The notes under the pieces: generated by a model
Database searches by the model: none
Seen by the model: the letters and a program-made list of their open reading frames with translations, nothing else
What the model was told of the DNA's origin: nothing
IMG/VR virus record: IMGVR_UViG_3300044228_003777
Span: 1-35,734 of that record
From: a virus
Taxonomy: Duplodnaviria; Caudoviricetes
DNA length: 35,734 nucleotides
Strand: one strand, 5' to 3'
Part shown: one piece after another, positions 18,630 to 27,230 of the stretch
Layout of the letters: the number at the start of each line of letters is the position of its first letter
How positions within the stretch are numbered: the first letter of the stretch is position 1
Translations under genes and position numbers: made by a program

Positions 18630-20310
18630 ATAATTCGAATTGTGGTTTGTCTAAACCATTGTGATGGTAATTGTGAAATCTTTGAGTACCAAAATGTGGC
18701 AAGAAAGCCATATCAAAATAACCTTTGTGATCTCCCTGTCCCTCTAAAAAATGTAAGTTATCTAATTGTGGGTGGTATGGTAAAACTTTATGTACATTTT
18801 GATTGTCTTCTATGTAATCAAAGAATTGAGGTTTTGTAAAGACATAAATGTCATATTCTTTATATTGTTTTTTTAGATTACCCATTAATGAATTAATCCA
18901 CAAAACATCTCCAGCGGATTCTGGCATAATCACAGCAATTCTTTTACCATCATCTAAAAGCTCCATTAATTCTGGTGCTTTTTCTTTATCTTCTTTGTCC
19001 CAGTCAAAATCATAATCAATGTCTGGCGAAGAATCAATGATGGCTTCTAATTTTTTGCCTATCACCTCTACTGAATAATTATCAATAGTAAACTGTCTGG
19101 CTTTTCTGCCAAGCTCTCTTACCTTTTCTGGTTTCATTTGCCAAACTTTTTTAAGTTGTTTAGCGATGCTAGAAGCGTAAGTGGAAGCTTTAATGAATTG
19201 AGTTCCAGGCTCTCTATATTCCGCCCAATCTAAAGGGAAACCTCCGCTTTCGGCTGTACAAGAATCCTCACCGCAGGAATAATTAGTAACTAATGTAATT
19301 AATTCTGTTAACTTGGCTTCGAAAATAGGTATTTCCATACCGCCACTTGTAAATGGGTGGCAATAAACATCCATTAAATTATAAATTTCGTTTAACTGTT
19401 GTTCGTCTACACCAGCAGAAACATTTGTTGTGTTTTGGCATTTTTCAGTTCCGCAAAAACGGCAGTTTTGTTCCTGTCCAGTAAATGGTTTTACCTCATA
19501 GTTTCCACAAGACGAGCAAAAATATGTCGTAAGAATATCATTGGGGTCTATATTTTTTTCCTTAATTAATCTTGGTATATCCCAACCTTCAGACCAATGA
19601 GTGTGCAAAAGTAATTTAGCTTGAGGACAATCCTTTTTAAAGATTTTAAATCCATCTAACATATTTGGCACACTTTTTCTTAATTGGTTTCTAAAAACAA
19701 AACCGATAATATAATTATCTTGTAAGCCAAAAAAAGATTTTAATTGATTTCTTTTCTGATCATCAAATCTAAAAAAATCATTTGTATCAATTGAGCCGTG
19801 CAAAGTCTTAACGTGGTCGTGACCAATTTCTTTTAAATCTTTTTCTGCAAAAGATGACCACACATAAAAATTCTTTGTTTTGGGTGCTGCATCTATAGCT
19901 TGTTGTAAAATTGGTTGACTATCTAAAGTGGTCCAAATCATATGATTAATTTTATCCCACCAAGGCTTATCCCAGTAGCCTGCGAAACCCCAAATATCTT
20001 CTACCCCAATATAAAAATCTGGTTTATGTTTTTTGATTACATGGTCTATTCTTTCGGCACCGTATCCTGCCGCTCTACCCCTTTCTGGATTTGCGTTTAA
20101 TTCTCTTATGGTGTTTGGGTCATTTGGTAACGAACCTTCACACAACCAAGGTTTTGTTTTATGCTCTGGGTGGTCAAATGGAGAACCATTAGCAAGCTCA
20201 ATCAATTTATATTTACCAGTTTTTTGTAAATACTTTAAAATATTCTTACAATGTTTACCAAACCCAGTAAACGCTCTGGAGTTATTAGAGTGATAGACGA
20301 CTGTTTTCAT
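18619..20310 (-). CDS. GT4-like GT-B glycosyltransferase with Zn-ribbon insert and C-terminal GT9 N-domain
   Basis: TGFG, FRNQLRK, LNEIYNLMDV...GGMEIPIFEA; CSSC/CRFC; tail IAVIMPESAGDVL. Confidence 0.85.
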   Translation of the reverse strand: MKTVVYHSNNSRAFTGFGKHCKNILKYLQKTGKYKLIELANGSPFDHPEHKTKPWLCEGSLPNDPNTIRELNANPERGRAAGYGAERIDHVIKKHKPDFYIGVEDIWGFAGYWDKPWWDKINHMIWTTLDSQPILQQAIDAAPKTKNFYVWSSFAEKDLKEIGHDHVKTLHGSIDTNDFFRFDDQKRNQLKSFFGLQDNYIIGFVFRNQLRKSVPNMLDGFKIFKKDCPQAKLLLHTHWSEGWDIPRLIKEKNIDPNDILTTYFCSSCGNYEVKPFTGQEQNCRFCGTEKCQNTTNVSAGVDEQQLNEIYNLMDVYCHPFTSGGMEIPIFEAKLTELITLVTNYSCGEDSCTAESGGFPLDWAEYREPGTQFIKASTYASSIAKQLKKVWQMKPEKVRELGRKARQFTIDNYSVEVIGKKLEAIIDSSPDIDYDFDWDKEDKEKAPELMELLDDGKRIAVIMPESAGDVLWINSLMGNLKKQYKEYDIYVFTKPQFFDYIEDNQNVHKVLPYHPQLDNLHFLEGQGDHKGYFDMAFLPHFGTQRFHNYHHNGLDKPQFELYEN

Positions 20311-20771
20311 TAGCTATGATCAAACAATTTATAAAGATATAGTTCTAAAAGAGATTTAAGCGCTCTCGCTTCCCCCATTTCTACTCCAATACCAAATTTT
20401 AAAGTTGTATTCTTGATAACTCCCAATGACCAAGCTTGAACTCCATTGTTTTTTGTATATGGTTTAAATGAGATAGTTGTTTTATCGTCATTATATGTGT
20501 GGAAAGCAGACCATTCTTTATACTTTTCTATAGCATGTAGTATAGCACCAGCTTCATTTTCATTAATTTTGCAGTAAATATTTTTCTCTGGATCTTTCGC
20601 ATTTGCGCTAAAAGAACCTGTTTTTTTGTTTGAATCCCAACTAGCTTGCTTAATTGATTGAATTAAGAAGGTGGGTTTAGCTGGATTCCCCTCTTTGTCT
20701 TTTGTGATAATTTTGAAAGAAAAGGCGCAACCTGTTCCTTTTGAATTTGGTTTGTAAAGATTGTATTGCAT
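20310..20771 (-). CDS. Putative Whirly/PC4-like nucleic-acid-binding protein
   Basis: Two apparent beta4-alpha repeats ending KINENEAGAIL and GVEMGEARALK; fold call is by pattern only. Confidence 0.4.
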   Translation of the reverse strand: MQYNLYKPNSKGTGCAFSFKIITKDKEGNPAKPTFLIQSIKQASWDSNKKTGSFSANAKDPEKNIYCKINENEAGAILHAIEKYKEWSAFHTYNDDKTTISFKPYTKNNGVQAWSLGVIKNTTLKFGIGVEMGEARALKSLLELYLYKLFDHS

Positions 20772-20779
20772 ATGTCACT

Positions 20780-20785
20780 ATTATA
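20780..20785 (-). promoter_or_regulatory. -10 hexamer TATAAT 8 nt before ATG 20771 (no convincing -35)
   Basis: TATAAT agtgacat ATG on the minus strand. Confidence 0.45.
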
Positions 20786-20794
20786 TAATAAAAA

Positions 20795-20800
20795 GTGTAA
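20795..20800 (+). promoter_or_regulatory. GTGTAA motif 8 nt before ATG 20809
   Basis: GTGTAA aattctat ATG in a 37-bp divergent gap. Confidence 0.6.
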
Positions 20801-20808
20801 AATTCTAT

Positions 20809-21444
20809 ATGCCAAGGAATATAAATTTACCGAAAGCTAGGGTTTACATAAGAAAAGATATGTGGGGCGGTTCAAGAGAAGAATTTGAGCCTGCATGGTT
20901 AGTATCTGTAAGAGCGTTAAGAGGTAGACCTTTTTGTTTCCAGGTGTGGATTGACGATTATTGTGCTTGTTATGATAAAGTTAGACCCGACTGCTTATAT
21001 TGGAAATTGCCAGAAAAAAATCACGAAGAATTTGATTTAGTCGACGTACAAATGTGGGAATGTTTGTCAAATGATATAGAATTATTCCAAAAAGCTCAAC
21101 TTGCTGATGTACCTATGTTAGTCAATATGGGAGAAGAGGGATTCAAAGAGGGAAATTACTGGTTTACAATTGATTGTATACCAGAAAAACAATCATTAGG
21201 ATATGTAGACGTAGGAGACTCTGATTTGCTTGATGAACACAAAGAAATGAACGTCATTCGGCTTAAAAATGGTCAGATAGCTATTTACCCCAACAATAGA
21301 CTAAAATGGATTCCAGAATCTTTAAGTAGCACCGAGGCTATAAAAAGAATACCTAAATGGAAAGTTGCAGAAAATGCTGTTTGGGATAAAGAGTGGTTAG
21401 AACAACCTTTTGAATTGTTTGGGGATAGTGATTGGAGTTATTAA
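20809..21444 (+). CDS. Phage hypothetical protein, 211 aa
   Basis: ATG 20809 preferred over TTG 20761, which overlaps the divergent gene. QMWEC, YWFTID, EHK and GQIAIYPNNR resemble a family I recall from aquatic phages; function unknown. Confidence 0.75.
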   Translation: MPRNINLPKARVYIRKDMWGGSREEFEPAWLVSVRALRGRPFCFQVWIDDYCACYDKVRPDCLYWKLPEKNHEEFDLVDVQMWECLSNDIELFQKAQLADVPMLVNMGEEGFKEGNYWFTIDCIPEKQSLGYVDVGDSDLLDEHKEMNVIRLKNGQIAIYPNNRLKWIPESLSSTEAIKRIPKWKVAENAVWDKEWLEQPFELFGDSDWSY

Positions 21445-22517
21445 ACTTCAAAATTCCCAAAAATTTCGTCTGTAGTTTTGACCAAATCGCATAATTCGTC
21501 ACCTATCTCTTCTTTAACAATTTGATACATATTAAAGTAATCAAAGTAAGGATAAGTGTCGTCTAAAAATATCAGTTCGTAAACATAAGAACAAAGCATT
21601 TCGTACAGTATTAGTTTTGCAGATACTTGTTTATAGCATAAAAAAGTTTCATAAACATCTCCAAATTTATTAAAATGCTTATGATATTTTACGTAGTTTT
21701 CTATAAAAATTTTCTCCATATGCTCTGAAGTAGATATACCAGACTTAATAGCGCAGAAGGCTAAATCAAACATAGGATTAGTTCTTCTTGCTTTATGAAA
21801 ATTAACAAACTTTATCATTCCCGCTCTTTCTAAAATATTTGATTGAGTTAAATGTAAATGACATATAGATGAGGCATTACTACCAACAACCATTTGTTGT
21901 TCAATACTTTGTTTTATAAAATTTAAGCATTCACAAATTTCAGGAAAAATATTTAACTCTTTTAGTTCTTTATAGATTTCTTCATCTAAAACTGATTCAA
22001 AATCACCGTAATCGTAAATCTCCTGCATGAAATCTTCTGTATAGTCTTTTTTATGAGAAAAGGTTTTTTCATGTAAGTAAGCTAAATTAGCTCCAATAGT
22101 TGGTAAATTACTTTGTAAAAATGGTAAGCCAAATTCTTTAATTGGTAATCCGTGTTCAAAAGTTGTCAGTAAATAAGAATAATTTTTACATGAATAAAAA
22201 TTTAAAAAAGTAGGACTTAAGTTTATTTTTTCTATCTTTTTTAAGATATCTCTTTCTCTTCTAAATATGAAGCTATCGTCTTTATCTCCAATTTTGATAC
22301 AAAAAGTTCTATCTTTGTGTTTAAATTTATAACTATCGTAAAAAAAACTTCTACCTAATAGAGATAAACTTTCTAAAAACTCAAAAAGATTAAAATTAGT
22401 TTTAAGGTATTCGTCAGAACTAAAAATATATTCTAAAAATTCTTTTTCTGTCCGTGATATCGAAACAGTTTCCGTTTTTTCTACTAATCTACCTGATAAA
22501 TATTCATTTAGTTTCAT
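21441..22517 (-). CDS. APH/choline-kinase-like protein with substituted catalytic residues
   Basis: FCIKI, RRERDIL, LAYLH, ICHLHLTQSNIL, KFVNFH, PMFDLA. Confidence 0.75.
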   Translation of the reverse strand: MKLNEYLSGRLVEKTETVSISRTEKEFLEYIFSSDEYLKTNFNLFEFLESLSLLGRSFFYDSYKFKHKDRTFCIKIGDKDDSFIFRRERDILKKIEKINLSPTFLNFYSCKNYSYLLTTFEHGLPIKEFGLPFLQSNLPTIGANLAYLHEKTFSHKKDYTEDFMQEIYDYGDFESVLDEEIYKELKELNIFPEICECLNFIKQSIEQQMVVGSNASSICHLHLTQSNILERAGMIKFVNFHKARRTNPMFDLAFCAIKSGISTSEHMEKIFIENYVKYHKHFNKFGDVYETFLCYKQVSAKLILYEMLCSYVYELIFLDDTYPYFDYFNMYQIVKEEIGDELCDLVKTTDEIFGNFEV

Positions 22518-22531
22518 AACTAATATTAATT

Positions 22532-24040
22532 TTAGTGAAAGCCAATTCTATTTTTATTAGGAATATTTTGCCCGCTTTTGATTTCTTTGACTGAAATCCC
22601 TAATTTATCCGCGAAAATTTGATACACTACAGAGCCAGTTACTGAATGTTTTGTATCTTTTAATGTTTGTCCCCAATCATACAAGATATCTTTGTATTTC
22701 GTCTCGTATTCTTTGTATTTTTTATCGTCTTTTTGAAACTCTTTATCTATTAATTTAGATTCCATATCGATAGCCTCTTGAGGTCTTTTAATCTTTAGTT
22801 TTTTTGTTTTTGCCCCCGCTTCATCTAAAATATCAAAAGCTTTGTCTGGGAATTTTTTTTCTGGCAAATATTTTTCACATAAATTTACAATAACTTCAAT
22901 CAGTGTGTCGGAGTATTCTACTGTATGATAAGATTCGTATGATTTTTTTGCAGACTTTAATAATTTTAAAGTTTCTTTTTTAGTGGGTTCTTTTACATCT
23001 ATCTTTTCAAAACGACGATTTAGAGCACCGTCTTTTTTAAAATATTTTTCATATTCTTCTTTTGTTGTAGCTCCAATACAAGAAATCTCTCCTCTGGATA
23101 AGTAGGGTTTTAACATATTTGCAAAATCTAAACCTCCCTCTGAACTACCTGCGCCTATCACAGTATGTATCTCATCAATAAACAAAACACATTCTTCATG
23201 CTGTCTTAAAAAGTCTATGATGACTTTAACTTTTTCTTCCATTTGTCCTCTGTACATTGTGCCAGATACCAAACCAGATAAATCTAAAGACAGAAACTGT
23301 TTATGTAATAAAAAATCTGGAGCTTTTCTTTGTAAGATTTTTTCCACCATTCCTTCAACAATAGCTGTTTTACCAACACCAGGCTCTCCAACTAAAATAA
23401 TATTGCTTTTGTTTTTACGTAAAAGGACTTCAAATGAACGATTTATTTCTTTTTCTCTTCCAAATATTTCATAAGTCCCACGGCTACCAATTGTTTCATT
23501 TAGAACTTCACAGCAAGAAGCTAAAATTTCAGATACATCTTTTTGTTTTTGTTTGGGTTGTTGGGTTGGATTTGTTGTAGCTTTTTCTTGTTCGATGCCG
23601 TTTGATAAAGCATCAATGATTGAAGTTTTTAATTCAGAAGCGTTGATGTTTATAGACTCTAAAAAGGCGCATATATCTTGGCGCATTTCTAGCATTGCCA
23701 CAAAAATATGATCTACCCCCACATAAGATGAATCAAGAGCTGAAGCAACTTTTTGAGCAGAACTTAATATTTCTTTAATTTCTTTAGAGAAGATTTTGTA
23801 TTTTCTTTTTCTTTCTTTATACTCAACCAGTAAAGCGCTCATTGTATCTACAACCAAATCTTTTTTCACAAAGCAATTGCGGAAACAATGATCTAATAAA
23901 ATATGGTCGTCTTCTAAAATGGATATAAATAGGTGTGCGTCAGTCGTTTTGAGATGATTCATCTCATCTGCAATTTGTCTGGCATTCATTAGCGCTTTTT
24001 TAGCACTGGGGGTAAGGTTGTATTCTGAAAAATCGCTCAT
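22532..24040 (-). CDS. ClpA/ClpC-like ATPase: Clp N-domain plus first AAA+ module only
   Basis: N-domain repeats (HLFISIL, YVGVDHIFVAML), GEPGVGKT, YRGQMEE, LFIDEIH, GATT, ALNRRF, FPDKAFDILDEA; no second Walker A. Confidence 0.92.
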   Translation of the reverse strand: MSDFSEYNLTPSAKKALMNARQIADEMNHLKTTDAHLFISILEDDHILLDHCFRNCFVKKDLVVDTMSALLVEYKERKRKYKIFSKEIKEILSSAQKVASALDSSYVGVDHIFVAMLEMRQDICAFLESININASELKTSIIDALSNGIEQEKATTNPTQQPKQKQKDVSEILASCCEVLNETIGSRGTYEIFGREKEINRSFEVLLRKNKSNIILVGEPGVGKTAIVEGMVEKILQRKAPDFLLHKQFLSLDLSGLVSGTMYRGQMEEKVKVIIDFLRQHEECVLFIDEIHTVIGAGSSEGGLDFANMLKPYLSRGEISCIGATTKEEYEKYFKKDGALNRRFEKIDVKEPTKKETLKLLKSAKKSYESYHTVEYSDTLIEVIVNLCEKYLPEKKFPDKAFDILDEAGAKTKKLKIKRPQEAIDMESKLIDKEFQKDDKKYKEYETKYKDILYDWGQTLKDTKHSVTGSVVYQIFADKLGISVKEIKSGQNIPNKNRIGFH

Positions 24041-26613
24041 TTAATTTCTGATAATCTTGTGTAAATTTTTTCGTCAAGAATGGAGATTTTTTCTCCAAAA
24101 ATAATATCTTCACCCTTCGTGCCGTAAATAAACACAATTTGACTTTCTTTAGGTTTTTTACCCCCACTATTAAGGTAATTATCTAAAGTGGCTGATCTTC
24201 TATTATTAGCCATCATAAAATTAACTTTTCCATAGTCATCTTGTATTTCAACTCTCATATACTTGTTTCCAGCTCGACTTGTTCTAGATATACAATCTGT
24301 AACAACTCCAACATACTTTACACGATCGTTTTGTTGAACTGACTTGAGTTCTAGACTGTTAACAACATTTTGTGTGTCTTGAAAAACATTTTTAATTTCA
24401 TTAGAGTGGCTATAGCCTAAATACTTACGCTCAAAATACCAATTAGCAAAAACCAAATGTTCTTTGTTTTTGTCATATATTTTGCGATATCTATCGTAAT
24501 CTCTTTTGAAAGTCTTAAATCTAGACTCTTTCATGATTGGTTTGCCATCATCCGCTGGATAATTTTCTTTTCTAACAAACGCTATTGAATTTAATATGTC
24601 GTAGTTTAATTTTTCTCCAAGTTTGGTAAAGTTTCTTTTCTCTCTGTGAGTTAATAAATTAAATGCTTGAGCCTCTAAAACAAGTCTACAACGATTTGGA
24701 ACACCACTAGAATTATCGCAAAAAGAATCCATCATACCACCTTGAATTAATCCAGATAAAACACCGATATTAATTCCAGAATCTTTTGCAGATAAAAACA
24801 CATCATATTTATTTTGTTCAATTAATTGAGAGTCTCTAAAGCCAACGATGTTTTCTAAAGTTTTTTCTGAAACACCCTTAACGCTATTTAGACCATATCT
24901 AATATCTTTACCTTCAATAGAAAACTCTATTTTTGATTTAGATAAATCGGGTGGCAATAGCTTCATATTAAACAAACATAATTCTTGACTAATTAATGAT
25001 ATCTCTGCATGAGAATCTGGCTCATGCTTTGTCATTTTAAGCAATGAAAGGAAAAATTCTTTTGAATGGTTGAATTTAAGGTATGTTGTTAAAGCCGCAA
25101 GTGTAGCATAACTAATAGAGTGAGATTTATTGAAGGAGTAATTAGCTGAATCTTCCGCTACTTTCCAAAGAACATCTCCGACTTGTTTCGGTAAATTGTT
25201 TTCCTCTACCTTTTGTTCGATTTTAGCTTTCCAAACTGGCATTTGGTCTACTTTCTTTTTACCAACAATACGTCTAATTTGTTCCGCTTCATCAAGTGTA
25301 AAACCAACTTTAACAGCCATCTGCATTAACTGCTCTTGATAGAGGGGAATCCCACCGGTGTATGACAGTATATCATCAAAAAACTCGTGAACGGAATTGA
25401 ACACGCTTGTTTTTACATAGCTTGCATATGTATCTAAATAATCAAGTGCACCAGGGCGAGCAATAGCAACCACGGCAGATAGTTCTTCAAGATTGCGAGG
25501 AGCAATTTTTCTAGCTGCTTTAAAGTTTGTATCCGCTTCAATCTGGAAGAGACCCTTTGGTGCCTCAATGAATTTGAAGTTTTCATATATGTCTGATGAT
25601 TCGACATCGATAGTATTTATGTCCATATCAAGTTGTTTTAGTGTATCATAAACAACAGATAAAGTACGCAATCCTAGGATATCGAATTTTACCATCAAAG
25701 ATGCTACATCGTTCATGTCATATCCAGAAACATAATTTCCATCATTAGTTTTCTGCATAGGCATTACCTCTTCTATATTATAGAAACTAATAGCAATCCC
25801 AGATGGGTGAACGCCAGTATTCTTGTTTAATCCTTCTAGTTTTTTGGCAATGTTAAATACTTGGGGGTTGTCATCGCAAAACTTTTTGAGTTTTTCGCTT
25901 TCATCATAAGCTTTTTGTAGCTTAAATACCTTTCCGAACTGCTTTGGAATAGAGGCGCTAATATCATTAACTTCCTCTTCCGAGAATCCCCCTACAATCT
26001 TTCCGCACTCTTTTACACATAATTTACTGCTCAATGTGTTTAAAGTTAGTATTTTGCAAGTCTTACCTTTATGCTTCTCTTCAATATATTTGATTACCTC
26101 GGCTCTTCTATCGTAACTGATGTCATTGTCCACGTCAGCCAACAAAGAGCCGTCTAGGTACGTTATATCGTCAACAACAGTCTTTTTAGCTCTGCTTTTG
26201 GACACAAATCGCTCGAAAAACAGGTCATATTTGATCGGATCAATATTTGTTACTTTTAGTAAAAATAATACCAACGAGCCAGCGGCAGAACCACGACCTG
26301 GCCCAGTTGGTATATCATTCTCATGGCAAAAGTTTAAAATATCCCAATTTAGGAGTATGTAATCAATAAATCCAAGCTCTTGTAAAACAGATAATTCCAT
26401 TTTAACTCTATCATAGTATTCTTGTTTATTATCTAATTTATCTATACCTCTTTGCTTGACTCCCTTTAAGCATAACTCACGAAGTAAATCGTAGTTAGAT
26501 GATGTATTAGAGATACCTAGCTCATCATAGAATCTTTGTTCTACTTCGATCTCTGGTAATCTAACACCAACTGGCATTGGTTGTTTAAATGATTCTAAAT
26601 TTCTAATTCCCAT
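24037..26613 (-). CDS. dnaE: DNA polymerase III alpha catalytic core, lacking the PHP domain
   Basis: GPGRGSAAGSL, FERF, ADVDND, HPSG, KFDILGL, YQEQLM, YSFNKSH, HhH (YGLNSVKGVS) and C-terminal OB. Confidence 0.95.
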   Translation of the reverse strand: MGIRNLESFKQPMPVGVRLPEIEVEQRFYDELGISNTSSNYDLLRELCLKGVKQRGIDKLDNKQEYYDRVKMELSVLQELGFIDYILLNWDILNFCHENDIPTGPGRGSAAGSLVLFLLKVTNIDPIKYDLFFERFVSKSRAKKTVVDDITYLDGSLLADVDNDISYDRRAEVIKYIEEKHKGKTCKILTLNTLSSKLCVKECGKIVGGFSEEEVNDISASIPKQFGKVFKLQKAYDESEKLKKFCDDNPQVFNIAKKLEGLNKNTGVHPSGIAISFYNIEEVMPMQKTNDGNYVSGYDMNDVASLMVKFDILGLRTLSVVYDTLKQLDMDINTIDVESSDIYENFKFIEAPKGLFQIEADTNFKAARKIAPRNLEELSAVVAIARPGALDYLDTYASYVKTSVFNSVHEFFDDILSYTGGIPLYQEQLMQMAVKVGFTLDEAEQIRRIVGKKKVDQMPVWKAKIEQKVEENNLPKQVGDVLWKVAEDSANYSFNKSHSISYATLAALTTYLKFNHSKEFFLSLLKMTKHEPDSHAEISLISQELCLFNMKLLPPDLSKSKIEFSIEGKDIRYGLNSVKGVSEKTLENIVGFRDSQLIEQNKYDVFLSAKDSGINIGVLSGLIQGGMMDSFCDNSSGVPNRCRLVLEAQAFNLLTHREKRNFTKLGEKLNYDILNSIAFVRKENYPADDGKPIMKESRFKTFKRDYDRYRKIYDKNKEHLVFANWYFERKYLGYSHSNEIKNVFQDTQNVVNSLELKSVQQNDRVKYVGVVTDCISRTSRAGNKYMRVEIQDDYGKVNFMMANNRRSATLDNYLNSGGKKPKESQIVFIYGTKGEDIIFGEKISILDEKIYTRLSEIK

Positions 26614-27230
26614 ATTTGTTTTTGAAATATTTCGAAGTTTTTTTCTATATCGTATAAAGCATCATGTAGCTTTGTTTCATCAAAGTCAATACCGTAATGC
26701 TGTAATAGATATTTCTGATTTGTTTTTAAGCCACGCTCTCTATAATTGAGATATCTCAATTGCCAAGCAAGTAAATCATCTTTATCTGGATTTTTATTCT
26801 CTTTAGCTATCGCCATTGCTACAGACTTTGTATCGAAACAACGGTTGATGTAATCCTTATGGTTTATTTTGATACCCATTTTTCTACACCAAACATTTAG
26901 TATATAGATATCGTAACCCAAAATGTTTTGACCAACAATAAGATTTTTTTTGTCGTAAAGAGCTTTTTGAAAATCCTTCCATACGGTCTTTGGATCTTCA
27001 GCGACTGATTCATAGTGATCACGATCAAACCCAGTTACTCTAGCCGCCTCTGGAGAAACGTTGAGGTTATCCCATTTGATAAAGCGGTTATGTTTCTTAA
27101 CTACTTTTTTGCCCTCACATTCAATCCAAGCTACTTGCCAAGGTTTAGATGTAATTAGATTTAAACCTTCCGTTTCGGTATCGAAAACTATATAGCGTTG
27201 TTTAAAGTTGTATCGAAGTAATTCTTCCAT
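26595..27230 (-). CDS. DEDDh 3'-5' exonuclease (DnaQ/epsilon-like)
   Basis: ExoI FDTETEG, ExoII GQNILGYD, ExoIII HDALYD; ATG 27230 preferred to TTG 27242. Confidence 0.92.
   Translation of the reverse strand: MEELLRYNFKQRYIVFDTETEGLNLITSKPWQVAWIECEGKKVVKKHNRFIKWDNLNVSPEAARVTGFDRDHYESVAEDPKTVWKDFQKALYDKKNLIVGQNILGYDIYILNVWCRKMGIKINHKDYINRCFDTKSVAMAIAKENKNPDKDDLLAWQLRYLNYRERGLKTNQKYLLQHYGIDFDETKLHDALYDIEKNFEIFQKQIWELEI

Noticed and set aside
22532-24040. Clp gene as a truncated pseudogene
   Set aside because: All D1 motifs are intact, it ends cleanly in IGF, and no D2 remnant follows
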